From a virus, in IMG/VR virus record IMGVR_UViG_3300030330_005386, positions 1 to 38,904 of that record: 38,904 bases of DNA; one strand, 5' to 3'. The notes under the pieces are model-generated. The model was given only the letters and a program-made list of their open reading frames with translations, made no database searches and was not told where the DNA came from. Positions 10,784-19,012 of this stretch are shown in pieces; positions within the stretch are counted from its first letter, which is position 1; every line of letters starts with the position of its first letter. A program made the translations under genes and the position numbers.

Positions 10784-10855
10784 AGCCCCCGAACGGATTT
10801 GAACCGATGGCCTACGCTTTACAAAAGCGTTGCTCTACCGCTGAGCTACAGGGGC
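10784..10855 (-). tRNA. tRNA-Thr (anticodon UGU)
   Basis: Hand-folded cloverleaf. Acceptor GCCCCUG/CGGGGGC, D stem GCUC/GAGC, anticodon stem ACGCU/AGCGU with loop UUUGUAA, and T loop UUCAAAU. The T stem has one U-U mismatch. No CCA is encoded. Confidence 0.8.
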
Positions 10856-10857
10856 AA

Positions 10858-10942
10858 TAGGAATGGGGAGACTTGAACTCCCACGGGCATAATGCCCAAC
10901 TGATTTTAAGTCAGGTGCGTCTACCGATTCCGCCACACTCCC
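10858..10942 (-). tRNA. tRNA-Leu (anticodon UAA), class II with long variable arm
   Basis: Acceptor GGGAGUG/CAUUCCU has two G-U pairs. The D arm is GCGGAAUCGGUAGACGC and the anticodon loop is CUUAAAA. The variable arm is GGGCA-UUA-UGCCC and the T arm is GGGAG-UUCAAGU-CUCCC. It is 2 nt from tRNA-Thr. Confidence 0.8.
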
Positions 10943-10973
10943 AAAAAATCACTCCTTCCAGGTGGGAGGGTGA
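10943..10973 (-). terminator. Weak intrinsic-terminator-like hairpin plus U6
   Basis: Minus strand reads UCA-CC-CUCC-(9 nt loop)-GGAG-UGA followed by UUUUUU, immediately upstream of tRNA-Leu. The stem is short and bulged. Confidence 0.3.
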
Positions 10974-11021
10974 AATCTACAATATTCATTGAATGTAATC
11001 TTCATCTCCTTATTAGTCAGA

Positions 11022-11192
11022 TTAGCATTCTTCGCTGCTTTCGGCAAATTCCATTTCGCAGCGAATAACATTTCCATAGACTGACGGGTTTCTGCTCTCA
11101 TACTCGTAACACTTAAGAATTTCTTCGTAAAACCCTACAGGGTAAATTTTTGCCGGGATTTTTTTTGGGGCTTTTTTGGAATTAAAGCTCAT
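11022..11192 (-). CDS. Hypothetical small protein (56 aa)
   Basis: I use the internal ATG at 11192 (MSFNSKK...). It sits 8 nt after the stop of the upstream ORF, and the longer form in the track would overlap that ORF by 52 nt. Confidence 0.45.
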   Translation of the reverse strand: MSFNSKKAPKKIPAKIYPVGFYEEILKCYEYESRNPSVYGNVIRCEMEFAESSEEC

Positions 11193-11199
11193 TTTTCCC

Positions 11200-11418
11200 T
11201 CAGAGAGGATTGGAATACGCAATGGTATTTTCGGGTGCGGTAGCACGAACAAAGGACAACACGTTCATGAACTCATCCATTGTCGTGCAGTCCACCACCT
11301 TCTCATCACCCTCGTTGGAGTAAAGATAAAAGTTGCGGGCAGAAGGATCGATGACGACTCGGGTGAGAAATTCGTCTTGCATTGGTGTTCCCTTGATTAC
11401 CCACATATTATAGAGCAC
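11200..11418 (-). CDS. Hypothetical protein (72 aa)
   Basis: ORF abuts its neighbours with no gap. I recognise no motif. Confidence 0.45.
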   Translation of the reverse strand: MLYNMWVIKGTPMQDEFLTRVVIDPSARNFYLYSNEGDEKVVDCTTMDEFMNVLSFVRATAPENTIAYSNPL

Positions 11419-11661
11419 TCAGGCATCCTTGTCAAGCAACTCACCGATGATTATGTAGTAGCAATCGACAGGTAACCCGTTGGTATCCAGAGTAATCTCT
11501 CTACCCTGACGACGCTTGACACGAAGATCTTGATTTGCTCCTACCTGTGTCAAGTGAATGGTAATGGAGTCCATATCAATATCCTCTTCCCATGATTCTG
11601 GGATGATAATTTCCTTTTTAGTTGTTCTGCCGTGCAGAAATTCAAAGTTTGGTTCAATCAT
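11419..11661 (-). CDS. Small protein paralogous to the C-terminal domain of the 325-aa structural protein (80 aa)
   Basis: IIIPESWEEDIDMDSITIHLTQVGANQDLRVK...VDCYYIIIGE aligns by eye with IIKLPDYWKGLIDYDTISVHLTPFGRKDNLYVK...VKCFYQVWAD of ORF 13118..14095. It has an ATGA overlap with the upstream gene. Confidence 0.55.
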   Translation of the reverse strand: MIEPNFEFLHGRTTKKEIIIPESWEEDIDMDSITIHLTQVGANQDLRVKRRQGREITLDTNGLPVDCYYIIIGELLDKDA

Positions 11662-13118
11662 TGTACGACATCCGATACTGTAGTGTTATTAATAAGAACT
11701 TGTAGTGATTCAAGTTCATCCATTTCCTCATTTAATTGTCCTAGAATTTTTCTTGTGCCATGTATTCCAAGTTGAATACGATTTCTCTCAGTTCTCAATG
11801 CGTTATTACTTTGTTCTAATATAACGTTGTCACTATTTTGTGCTGTCAGTGCAGTCTCTTTAGTGCTTGAAATACCTAAAGCATTTGTAATTTGATTCTC
11901 AATATCGCTAGAACAATTAGATAGAGAAGTATAATTACCCGTAAGATCGGTAACAGTTATTCTATCTCCTTCAGTAGCTCTTGTTAATCCATCGACAGGA
12001 GCGTGTCCAAAACCAATTCTATAAAACTTTTGTCCTGCTCCTACTTCTGGTTCAACTTTTCCACCATGTTCGAGTGGTAGAAATTTCAACGCTGAATTCC
12101 ACGTTGCAAATTTTACATTGACACCTGAGTTATCAATGTAAGCAGATATACCCGTACCTAATGTGCTGGTGTTTGCAATACTAATAGTTTGTGGTGTGAA
12201 AGGATCTTGATTAAAAGGAATGTCATATCGTTTTCTACCACCAAATCTAAATGCAATAGGATCGTCCAGTGCTCTAAACTCCACAAACGAACCGTCAGAT
12301 TCTGGAGCAGAGGCAGGAGCACCACAATTAGTATCCATTGATAAAATATTAACTGTGACAGCAGTGCTACCAATACCTGATGATGGAATAGAACGGATGT
12401 CCTTTAAAGCCGTTGAGATTCCCACAATTTTTGCATTATTAGGAAAGATAGCAGTTTTTCCTGCACTAACGACAATTTGTCCAACACCAAAAGTTAAACC
12501 AGATCCCACTGGTTGCATCACAGTTACTTCCGTAGATCCAATACTACAAGTACCGATGAACTCACCAATTAATGTGTCGCCAATATCTTTATCATAAGGT
12601 TCTGAATATATTTTCAATCCATATCTGTTTCTTCTATCAAATCCAAAGTATGGGTTATTTACAAAATCATTTATCTCCTCAATTTCATTTCCATAAGTTT
12701 GACTAGCGGGATAATAAGTTACAATACCAGTAACACCCACATATGCAACCGTGCTACCAATACCTGCATTTGAGTCAATATTAGTGTCGGTTAAACTATA
12801 TCCTCCGGGGTTAAGTCTAGTACATTCTAATGTGTACTCATCATCTTCAATCCCTGACGTAAAATCAACAATTCTCCAAAATAAATCACTTTTACAATCA
12901 CTGGCAATTGCTGCATCATATGCCTCACTTACCGCATCAAATGATTTATTAACAACATCAAGGCGGTTCAAAAGTTCTAGTTCAATCCTAACAATACCTT
13001 CATCATACAAAGATTTTTGATCGTCAAACTCAACAATCTGATCTTGAAGTTTCTCGATGTTCATTACTTTGAAATCGATATCTTCTTGTGCTCTATTTAC
13101 AAGTTCTGTAGATAACAT
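11658..13118 (-). CDS. Structural protein with coiled-coil-like termini (486 aa)
   Basis: Long ORF in the structural operon. Heptad-like charged/hydrophobic stretches occur at both ends, around a Gly/Thr/Ser-rich core. It has a 1-nt overlap with the upstream gene. Confidence 0.6.
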   Translation of the reverse strand: MLSTELVNRAQEDIDFKVMNIEKLQDQIVEFDDQKSLYDEGIVRIELELLNRLDVVNKSFDAVSEAYDAAIASDCKSDLFWRIVDFTSGIEDDEYTLECTRLNPGGYSLTDTNIDSNAGIGSTVAYVGVTGIVTYYPASQTYGNEIEEINDFVNNPYFGFDRRNRYGLKIYSEPYDKDIGDTLIGEFIGTCSIGSTEVTVMQPVGSGLTFGVGQIVVSAGKTAIFPNNAKIVGISTALKDIRSIPSSGIGSTAVTVNILSMDTNCGAPASAPESDGSFVEFRALDDPIAFRFGGRKRYDIPFNQDPFTPQTISIANTSTLGTGISAYIDNSGVNVKFATWNSALKFLPLEHGGKVEPEVGAGQKFYRIGFGHAPVDGLTRATEGDRITVTDLTGNYTSLSNCSSDIENQITNALGISSTKETALTAQNSDNVILEQSNNALRTERNRIQLGIHGTRKILGQLNEEMDELESLQVLINNTTVSDVVQ

Positions 13119-14095
13119 TATTCTCTCACGTCGTAAGTGTATCCAGCGATAGAATGATCGGATTGATCACCTGGGTAGTCAGCAGGGGAGTTTCCTTCAT
13201 ATTCTACAATCATCTCACCAAGTCTGTCTGCCCATACCTGATAGAAGCATTTAACATTAGTGAGGTGATCACCCGTTACAATAATTCTATCTTCTTGTAT
13301 ATCTTTTACATACAAGTTATCTTTTCTCCCAAATGGAGTAAGATGTACAGATATTGTATCATAATCTATCAAACCTTTCCAGTAGTCTGGCAATTTAATG
13401 ATGTGTTCTCCATCAAGTTTACCTCTGACATAAACAGCACTCTCTGGCCCTTCAACACAGGTATGTCTTAGACGCCAACCCTCTTTATTAGGATGCTGAA
13501 TGTCAAAGTTCTTCTTAGCAGCAAGAACATTACCACCCGTATCGGAAACGGTAAAAGCAACTGCAGGCCCTGATGTTACGGTGGGGCCAACTAAGGCCTT
13601 TGCAGATGCTCTAACTTCAGCGCCAGACTGTGCTTCAACACCAGTTTTTACCTCTGCCCCCGTTTCAATCTTGACACCAATTTTCTTCATCAAAGAAATA
13701 ATATTGATATCAAGTGGTGATACTGTTTTCTTTGATACCGCATTGATTTCAAGCACAATGGTTGTTGCCATCGTGATTCCCACAGGGCCTAAAGGATCAC
13801 CAATCACCACATCAATAGGAGTTGATGCCGGAGGGGGAAGTCCTCTAATATGAACAATTGAGGGTGCTTTAAATGCAAGCGGATTGGTGACAGGATCAGG
13901 ACGTGTTACCTGAAGAGAGGCAGTGTGAAGAGGGAATAAAGCAGAACTTCCAACTAAAACGCTACCATTAAAATATCCAGTGCCAGGAATGGCGGCCGCC
14001 CCTGCCAAATAAGCAGCACATGGAACAGGAGCTACACCTTGAGGAGAGTAGTTTACCTGTAATTGTTTACCAACTAATACGTCTGATACTTCCAT
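13118..14095 (-). CDS. Fibre/spike-like structural protein (325 aa)
   Basis: The C-terminal segment KNFDIQHPNKEGWRLRHTCVEGPESAVYVRGK matches a motif I recall from C-termini of phage tail-fibre proteins (KNFxIxHP...H..vEgPE...Y.G). The middle is Ala/Gly/Val-rich and repeat-like. Confidence 0.6.
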   Translation of the reverse strand: MEVSDVLVGKQLQVNYSPQGVAPVPCAAYLAGAAAIPGTGYFNGSVLVGSSALFPLHTASLQVTRPDPVTNPLAFKAPSIVHIRGLPPPASTPIDVVIGDPLGPVGITMATTIVLEINAVSKKTVSPLDINIISLMKKIGVKIETGAEVKTGVEAQSGAEVRASAKALVGPTVTSGPAVAFTVSDTGGNVLAAKKNFDIQHPNKEGWRLRHTCVEGPESAVYVRGKLDGEHIIKLPDYWKGLIDYDTISVHLTPFGRKDNLYVKDIQEDRIIVTGDHLTNVKCFYQVWADRLGEMIVEYEGNSPADYPGDQSDHSIAGYTYDVRE

Positions 14096-14097
14096 TT

Positions 14098-14718
14098 TTA
14101 TTTAAGTAAACTCTCAATTAGTTTTGCAAGTCCTTCACCAAATTGAATGATTGTGTTGGCACCAGAACCCGTAATACCTGAAATGGGTGATACATCAGGT
14201 GCTTCAACAACTTTAAAGTCTCCAGAGGAAACTTTAACTTCACCACCAGTGTTTAAATTAATTTTAGTCTCGGCTGCCATACCGATTCTATCATTAGCAT
14301 TTATCTTTAGTTCACCAGTTCTCATATCAATAGCACTATTTGAATGTATATTTACGAATCCAGTGGTTGTGCCATTGCCTTCAGAGATAAGATCAATATC
14401 TCTTGCCATTATTCTTATTCTACCCCTTGGAGCATATAAAATAATATCACCGTTCTCAGCGTATGTAATGGCAGAGACACCATCAACAGGTTTTTCACCA
14501 CACCTAACATTATATACAGATGGTGCAGACACATTGATAGCACCATCTAAAGTGCCACTCATTTGAAGTCCAATGTATTGCGCTCTCTTGAATGTCGAAG
14601 GAAAAATACGGCGAATCATAATCGCCATTTTATTATTTCTTTTATCAACAGTATCTAATACCAACTCACCAGTGGTATTGCCAAACCTATTATAATCTGG
14701 ACAAGTATTTTCTGCCAT
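14098..14718 (-). CDS. Baseplate-associated protein with beta-helix-like repeats (206 aa), possible spike/needle
   Basis: It lies immediately downstream of the gp5-like gene. The C-terminal half has alternating short strands (IRIMARDIDLISEGNG...VNIHSNSAIDMRTGELKINANDRIGMAAETKINLNTGGEVKV) reminiscent of gp5/gpV needle repeats. Confidence 0.5.
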   Translation of the reverse strand: MAENTCPDYNRFGNTTGELVLDTVDKRNNKMAIMIRRIFPSTFKRAQYIGLQMSGTLDGAINVSAPSVYNVRCGEKPVDGVSAITYAENGDIILYAPRGRIRIMARDIDLISEGNGTTTGFVNIHSNSAIDMRTGELKINANDRIGMAAETKINLNTGGEVKVSSGDFKVVEAPDVSPISGITGSGANTIIQFGEGLAKLIESLLK

Positions 14719-17492
14719 TATACCTTACCAACACAATCGATTACTTGCAGAGTTGGGGTGCCAAAAGGAACCACAAATCCAGAATCATTAGGATTAATAA
14801 ATCTAAGAACCGGTTTCAAATCTGCATTAAATCCTGTTTCAGTATTTATTCTAAGAGACGGAAGTGTTGTAAAACCAATACCAGGATTAGTGATATTAGC
14901 GCCAATAATTTGTCCATTTCTGATAATTAAATCAGCAGATCCATTAGTTCCATCACCTATTAAAAGTTGATCTCCATCATTATAACCAAATCCAGGATTT
15001 GATACAAAAATGGAACCTATCGTACTTACAACTTCTTGTCCATCAGTCTGTGTTGATGTAGGAGGTTCATTAGGATCTTCAGGTGTGCCAGGAGGACATC
15101 CAGGTGCAGTGAAAGTCACATAAAATTCAGGAATCTTACCCCAGTTTGGATCAAGTAATTTCTCTCTCATTTTTCTTCCTACTCTAAGGAAGAATTTATT
15201 TTCTAAGAAGAATCTGATATCCTGTTCCGTATAACCCTCAGCAAATGCTCTTTGTGCATCGACTTCAAATCCAAACTGATGCCTAATGCCAGTCTCATAT
15301 GTTTTACCAAAAGAATAATCAAAAGATGTCATGTCCTTTAATTTGGGATTGACACCTGTGATGATACAACCAGGAATCATATCCTCAGTAAAGTTTTCAT
15401 CAATAACAATTGTTGCTTGTCCAGGTAAAGTAACTTCATCACCATAATAAACCCTAACAGTTTGTCCTAAACTGTAAGGAATATCCCATCTGTAATCTGC
15501 TCTGTGAACAGAGGTTTGACATCTGTTTGCCCATACTCTTCCCCCTCCACCTTTATCGCCATAGGGGAATGCTTCATAACCATATCCTGGATCGGTTATG
15601 ACTACATCAATAATTCCTGTTCCATCATCACCAGGCCCTGTTCCATCACCACCACCATCATCACCAGTCCCTGTTCCATCATCACCAGGCCCTGTTCCAT
15701 CACCACCACCATCATCACCAGTCCCTGTTCCATCATCACCAGTCCCACCACCTCCTGGATCTCCATCAATAGGACTTCCATCACCACCACCATCATCACC
15801 AGTCCCACCACCAGTTCCGGTTTCAATAGGACCTATGATTACTGTGCCTGTTCCACCTTGTCCATTGCCGCAGGCATCTACAAATTCTACAAAAGGTGCT
15901 GATGTATAGTTTCCTGAATTTAATATTTGAACGCCAAGAATTTCTCCTGCAGTATTGATGACTGCGTTGGCGGCACCACCAAAACCATTACCACCAAAGA
16001 ACTGTACATTTGGAGGCCCACAATTAACAGCACCTGTGTCACATGATCCATCAAGAACATTTTGCCAGATTGTCCCAGCATTAATATCACCAAGTGGTTC
16101 AAATACTGAACCATCAGCATTTGTGAAATTCCAATCATCGACTAGTTCATCAAATGTTGCAGTGACACTACCAACAGTGCTCGCTGCTGATGATGCCATG
16201 TTTTTTGCTTTATTAAAAACCTGTCCAAAATCCAACGGTTCCAAAGAGGAACTTGAACCGCTAAGAAAATCCCAGTTATCGGTTGAAGGACATATATTTT
16301 CAACAGGACATCTTATAATATCAATTATATCAATTGCAAAATCTATAAGTTCACTAGTAAAATCAATAATATCACCAATAAGTCCACTTAAAGGCCCTAA
16401 AATAGAATTGATAAGTCCAGTTATTCTACCAATAATTTCACCAATTATTCCCCCAAGAATATTTTCAACTAAACATGAGGCAGCGTTAAGAATTCTGTCT
16501 ATGATAGACTTTAAAATATTTCCTACTAGATTTTCTAAACCAAGTAGAATTCTGTAAAACAAACAAGACAATGCGGAAAGAGCTTTGTCTTTGGTTTCAT
16601 TTACAATGTATCTGGTGCTTAGAGGTACATTACCAATGAACTGGTTTACACCAGATGAAACTTTTCTTATCACCCATTTCCTCATCTCCTGCATCAGAGC
16701 AGCAATAATTTGTGAAATATCTTGAGCGGCATTACCTATAGATATTTCATATTCTTCACCACCGATACCTATTCCACTTGCTACATTAAAATTCTGTACA
16801 TCATTTAAAAAATTTTGTGATGTTTGGAGAAAACTATCTTCACCCAATAAACCAGTTCTGAGTTCCTCAATCTGTTTTATTAATCGATCAATAGCATCAT
16901 TTACACCAGCAGTATTTACAGGAGCACATGCCTTGGGCATGGTTGGTGTTTTGGTGTTTAATGGTTTTGCTTCCTTGTCTGAAAATTTAGAAGTTTTCTG
17001 TGTTCCAAATAATTCGTTTGTTGTTGGGTTTGTTGTAACTGAGGTATCGGGCACAACAGATTGCCCCGGTATAAAACCACTTAATGCCGCTACGCCCTGA
17101 GCTTGATTTCTACCGTCTTCCAATAAGTTCCTAACAAAATTAGGGACTACTGCTTCTATTTGATATGTGCCACTATTGGGATCTTTAGATACATAAACGA
17201 ATGTATTCGGTGTATATCTAATAATACCTACATTCTGTGCTCCCAATCCACTATTAAGTTGAAGCGGATATGCAAGAGGTAATCTATTTTCGGGTTTATC
17301 GGGGGGATCCTCACCTAATATTCTAATTCTGTATCGCTGAGCAACAACATCACCCCCCTGATTAGCACCATGTACGGCACTATCTTGCGTCTCCTCCTGA
17401 GCAGTCGTACCTACGATTACAGCAATCTTTCTGTAATGTTCAGCAAAACCTTTTGCTATTTGTAGTGATTCGTATCTGCTCGAAAGTCCCAT
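14718..17492 (-). CDS. gp5: gp5-like baseplate hub protein, OB-fold N-terminus, no recognisable lysozyme domain (924 aa)
   Basis: N-terminal RYRIRILGEDPP...LPLAYPLQ...GAQNVGIIRYTPNTFVYVSKDPNSGTYQIEAVVP parallels the T4 gp5 OB domain (RVRVRVVGLHPP...LPWMSVIQP...). It also has a hydrophobic I/L/G-rich segment, a Gly/Asp repeat and repeated PG(Y/F/I)G(Y/F) modules. Confidence 0.65.
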   Translation of the reverse strand: MGLSSRYESLQIAKGFAEHYRKIAVIVGTTAQEETQDSAVHGANQGGDVVAQRYRIRILGEDPPDKPENRLPLAYPLQLNSGLGAQNVGIIRYTPNTFVYVSKDPNSGTYQIEAVVPNFVRNLLEDGRNQAQGVAALSGFIPGQSVVPDTSVTTNPTTNELFGTQKTSKFSDKEAKPLNTKTPTMPKACAPVNTAGVNDAIDRLIKQIEELRTGLLGEDSFLQTSQNFLNDVQNFNVASGIGIGGEEYEISIGNAAQDISQIIAALMQEMRKWVIRKVSSGVNQFIGNVPLSTRYIVNETKDKALSALSCLFYRILLGLENLVGNILKSIIDRILNAASCLVENILGGIIGEIIGRITGLINSILGPLSGLIGDIIDFTSELIDFAIDIIDIIRCPVENICPSTDNWDFLSGSSSSLEPLDFGQVFNKAKNMASSAASTVGSVTATFDELVDDWNFTNADGSVFEPLGDINAGTIWQNVLDGSCDTGAVNCGPPNVQFFGGNGFGGAANAVINTAGEILGVQILNSGNYTSAPFVEFVDACGNGQGGTGTVIIGPIETGTGGGTGDDGGGDGSPIDGDPGGGGTGDDGTGTGDDGGGDGTGPGDDGTGTGDDGGGDGTGPGDDGTGIIDVVITDPGYGYEAFPYGDKGGGGRVWANRCQTSVHRADYRWDIPYSLGQTVRVYYGDEVTLPGQATIVIDENFTEDMIPGCIITGVNPKLKDMTSFDYSFGKTYETGIRHQFGFEVDAQRAFAEGYTEQDIRFFLENKFFLRVGRKMREKLLDPNWGKIPEFYVTFTAPGCPPGTPEDPNEPPTSTQTDGQEVVSTIGSIFVSNPGFGYNDGDQLLIGDGTNGSADLIIRNGQIIGANITNPGIGFTTLPSLRINTETGFNADLKPVLRFINPNDSGFVVPFGTPTLQVIDCVGKV
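15616..15741. repeat. Perfect 54-bp in-frame tandem repeat (2 full copies plus 18 bp) inside the gp5-like gene
   Basis: 15616..15669 and 15670..15723 are identical. The third copy begins at 15724 and diverges after about 18 nt. It encodes GTGDDGGGDGTGPGDD-type Gly/Asp repeats. Confidence 0.9.
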
Positions 17493-17495
17493 CTA

Positions 17496-17723
17496 TCAAT
17501 TGTCGTGTGTTTTACACTCGGGTGCGCCAGGTTCCATTTCGCAATAGAGTTCAAGTGCAGTAGGATCATGGTGATCTCCTGCTTCAATTTCTTCCTTATG
17601 ATTTTCAACGTAAACTTCAAGTTCGTGAAGTTCTTCTTCGATGTGACGGCGTTGTTGTGGAGACGTTGTGGGATTCTCAAGAATCTCCTTGTCCGTTTGG
17701 ATGTGCTTTTCTACGCTTTCCAT
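17496..17723 (-). CDS. cp12: CP12 homologue (Calvin-cycle inhibitor, 75 aa)
   Basis: C-terminal DPTALELYCEMEPGAPECKTHDN matches the CP12 C-terminal Cys pair (YC..NP...ECR.YD). The central HIEEELHELE resembles the AWD.VEEL core. The protein is small and acidic, with GGAG 10 nt upstream of the ATG. Confidence 0.7.
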   Translation of the reverse strand: MESVEKHIQTDKEILENPTTSPQQRRHIEEELHELEVYVENHKEEIEAGDHHDPTALELYCEMEPGAPECKTHDN

Positions 17724-19012
17724 TAGTTTTTAACTCCGTAAGAATCTCGTACTAAATTTAAACCGGTGAACGCCTGTGTTGGCGTACTGTAATGACACAA
17801 ATCCGCTATCATATATATGCCACTATCCTTGGGGCTCCTTGACTGACTCTTCTTTTGTGAAGTTTCAGGGAATTTACAGAACACCAGATCACCAGCACTC
17901 AATGATAGATCTGCATCAATCACTATATTAAGTGATGAACTGAACTTTTGCCTATAATTTTGTAGTGATTGTAGCGATGTCCTGACAATATCAAAACTAT
18001 TGTCACCTATGTCAGCTATGTCTCCACCTGGAATAATTTTTTGTCCATCATCTTTTGTTTGATGTAACTCAGCAGTTGTTTTATCTCTGTACTCTTTACT
18101 TATAATTGGAAGATTATTTCCTGCAATAATTCCATTTCCTTCTGATGGGGATGTTCTTTCTATCTCTTGAAATCTATCAGCATTTCCAAGTGGATTAAAC
18201 AAATCAAGTTCGGTGTTATAAGCACCCTCTTCAAACTGTTTAAGCATATCATTAATCAATACAAAACTAGACTTCAAAATTTTACCGCTGAAACCAGGAC
18301 TTACGCGATTATCTGCAAATCCTGTCTCCTCAAATTTCTTGATAGTCTTCCCTTTTGTATCAAATATTTTATCAAGAGACTTAAACTTATATCCAGTTGA
18401 AGTTTCCCAGAACAAATATCCTGCACTATCAATACCCTCAGGAACTGATACCTTTTGAACATCAAGACACATTTCAAAAGGATATCTATTATCACCATTA
18501 AATTGAATCTCATTCTCTGATGATTCTGAAGAAAGAATTTTCTCAGTTCCTAAATTTCTTAATGCTTGAGTGATCAGGACATCTGCTTTTCCAATATAAC
18601 TATCAGTCATTCTCCTTTCACTAAGGCAATTATCATATGCCTCTTTTGATACCACTCTAATTGAACAAGATGAATCCCTTACACCCTTTCCTGCAAAGAC
18701 AGTTTTACCAACTCGTAAATCATTATCACCCGACAGATCAATCTGATTACCAAATTGATCTTCTAGTTTAAGTTTGAACTTTTCAGTACCTTGTAGTTTG
18801 ATTGACTCTAATATACCTACAGTGCCCTTAGAACCATCATTAGATTTAGTTGCGGTGCCACTATCAATAATCGTCATATCAACTGTAATATAAGGACACA
18901 GCACACTCTCGCGGTATTCAAGAATGGGAACACCTGCTCTGAGATCAACAGAGTCATCATTCTCATTAGAGAAAACTTCTAGTATTCTATGGTTGAGAGA
19001 CTTTCCTTGCAT
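17723..19012 (-). CDS. gp27: gp27-like baseplate hub protein (429 aa)
   Basis: Its position is between the tape-measure-like genes and gp5. The C-terminal pattern (SLSAGDLVFCKF...GIYMIADLCHYS...LNLVRD) resembles gp27/gpD-type hub proteins. The assignment is partly by synteny. Confidence 0.5.
   Translation of the reverse strand: MQGKSLNHRILEVFSNENDDSVDLRAGVPILEYRESVLCPYITVDMTIIDSGTATKSNDGSKGTVGILESIKLQGTEKFKLKLEDQFGNQIDLSGDNDLRVGKTVFAGKGVRDSSCSIRVVSKEAYDNCLSERRMTDSYIGKADVLITQALRNLGTEKILSSESSENEIQFNGDNRYPFEMCLDVQKVSVPEGIDSAGYLFWETSTGYKFKSLDKIFDTKGKTIKKFEETGFADNRVSPGFSGKILKSSFVLINDMLKQFEEGAYNTELDLFNPLGNADRFQEIERTSPSEGNGIIAGNNLPIISKEYRDKTTAELHQTKDDGQKIIPGGDIADIGDNSFDIVRTSLQSLQNYRQKFSSSLNIVIDADLSLSAGDLVFCKFPETSQKKSQSRSPKDSGIYMIADLCHYSTPTQAFTGLNLVRDSYGVKN

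Noticed and set aside
10949-11005. 18-aa ORF (MKITFNEYCRFHPPTWKE) between ORF 11022 and tRNA-Leu.
   Set aside because: The AAGGAG abuts the ATG with zero spacing, and the ORF is mostly the terminator-like hairpin sequence.
11193-11252. Longer 76-aa form of ORF 11022..11252.
   Set aside because: It would overlap the upstream ORF by 52 nt. An internal ATG 8 nt after the upstream stop fits the packing seen everywhere else in the window.
15504-15909. Three ORFs across the repeat region: two on the plus strand (132 aa, and a 103-aa Pro/Ser-rich one) and a 74-aa minus-strand ORF.
   Set aside because: They are frame or antisense shadows of the 54-bp Gly/Asp tandem repeat inside the gp5-like gene. 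Their low-complexity composition is produced by the repeat itself.
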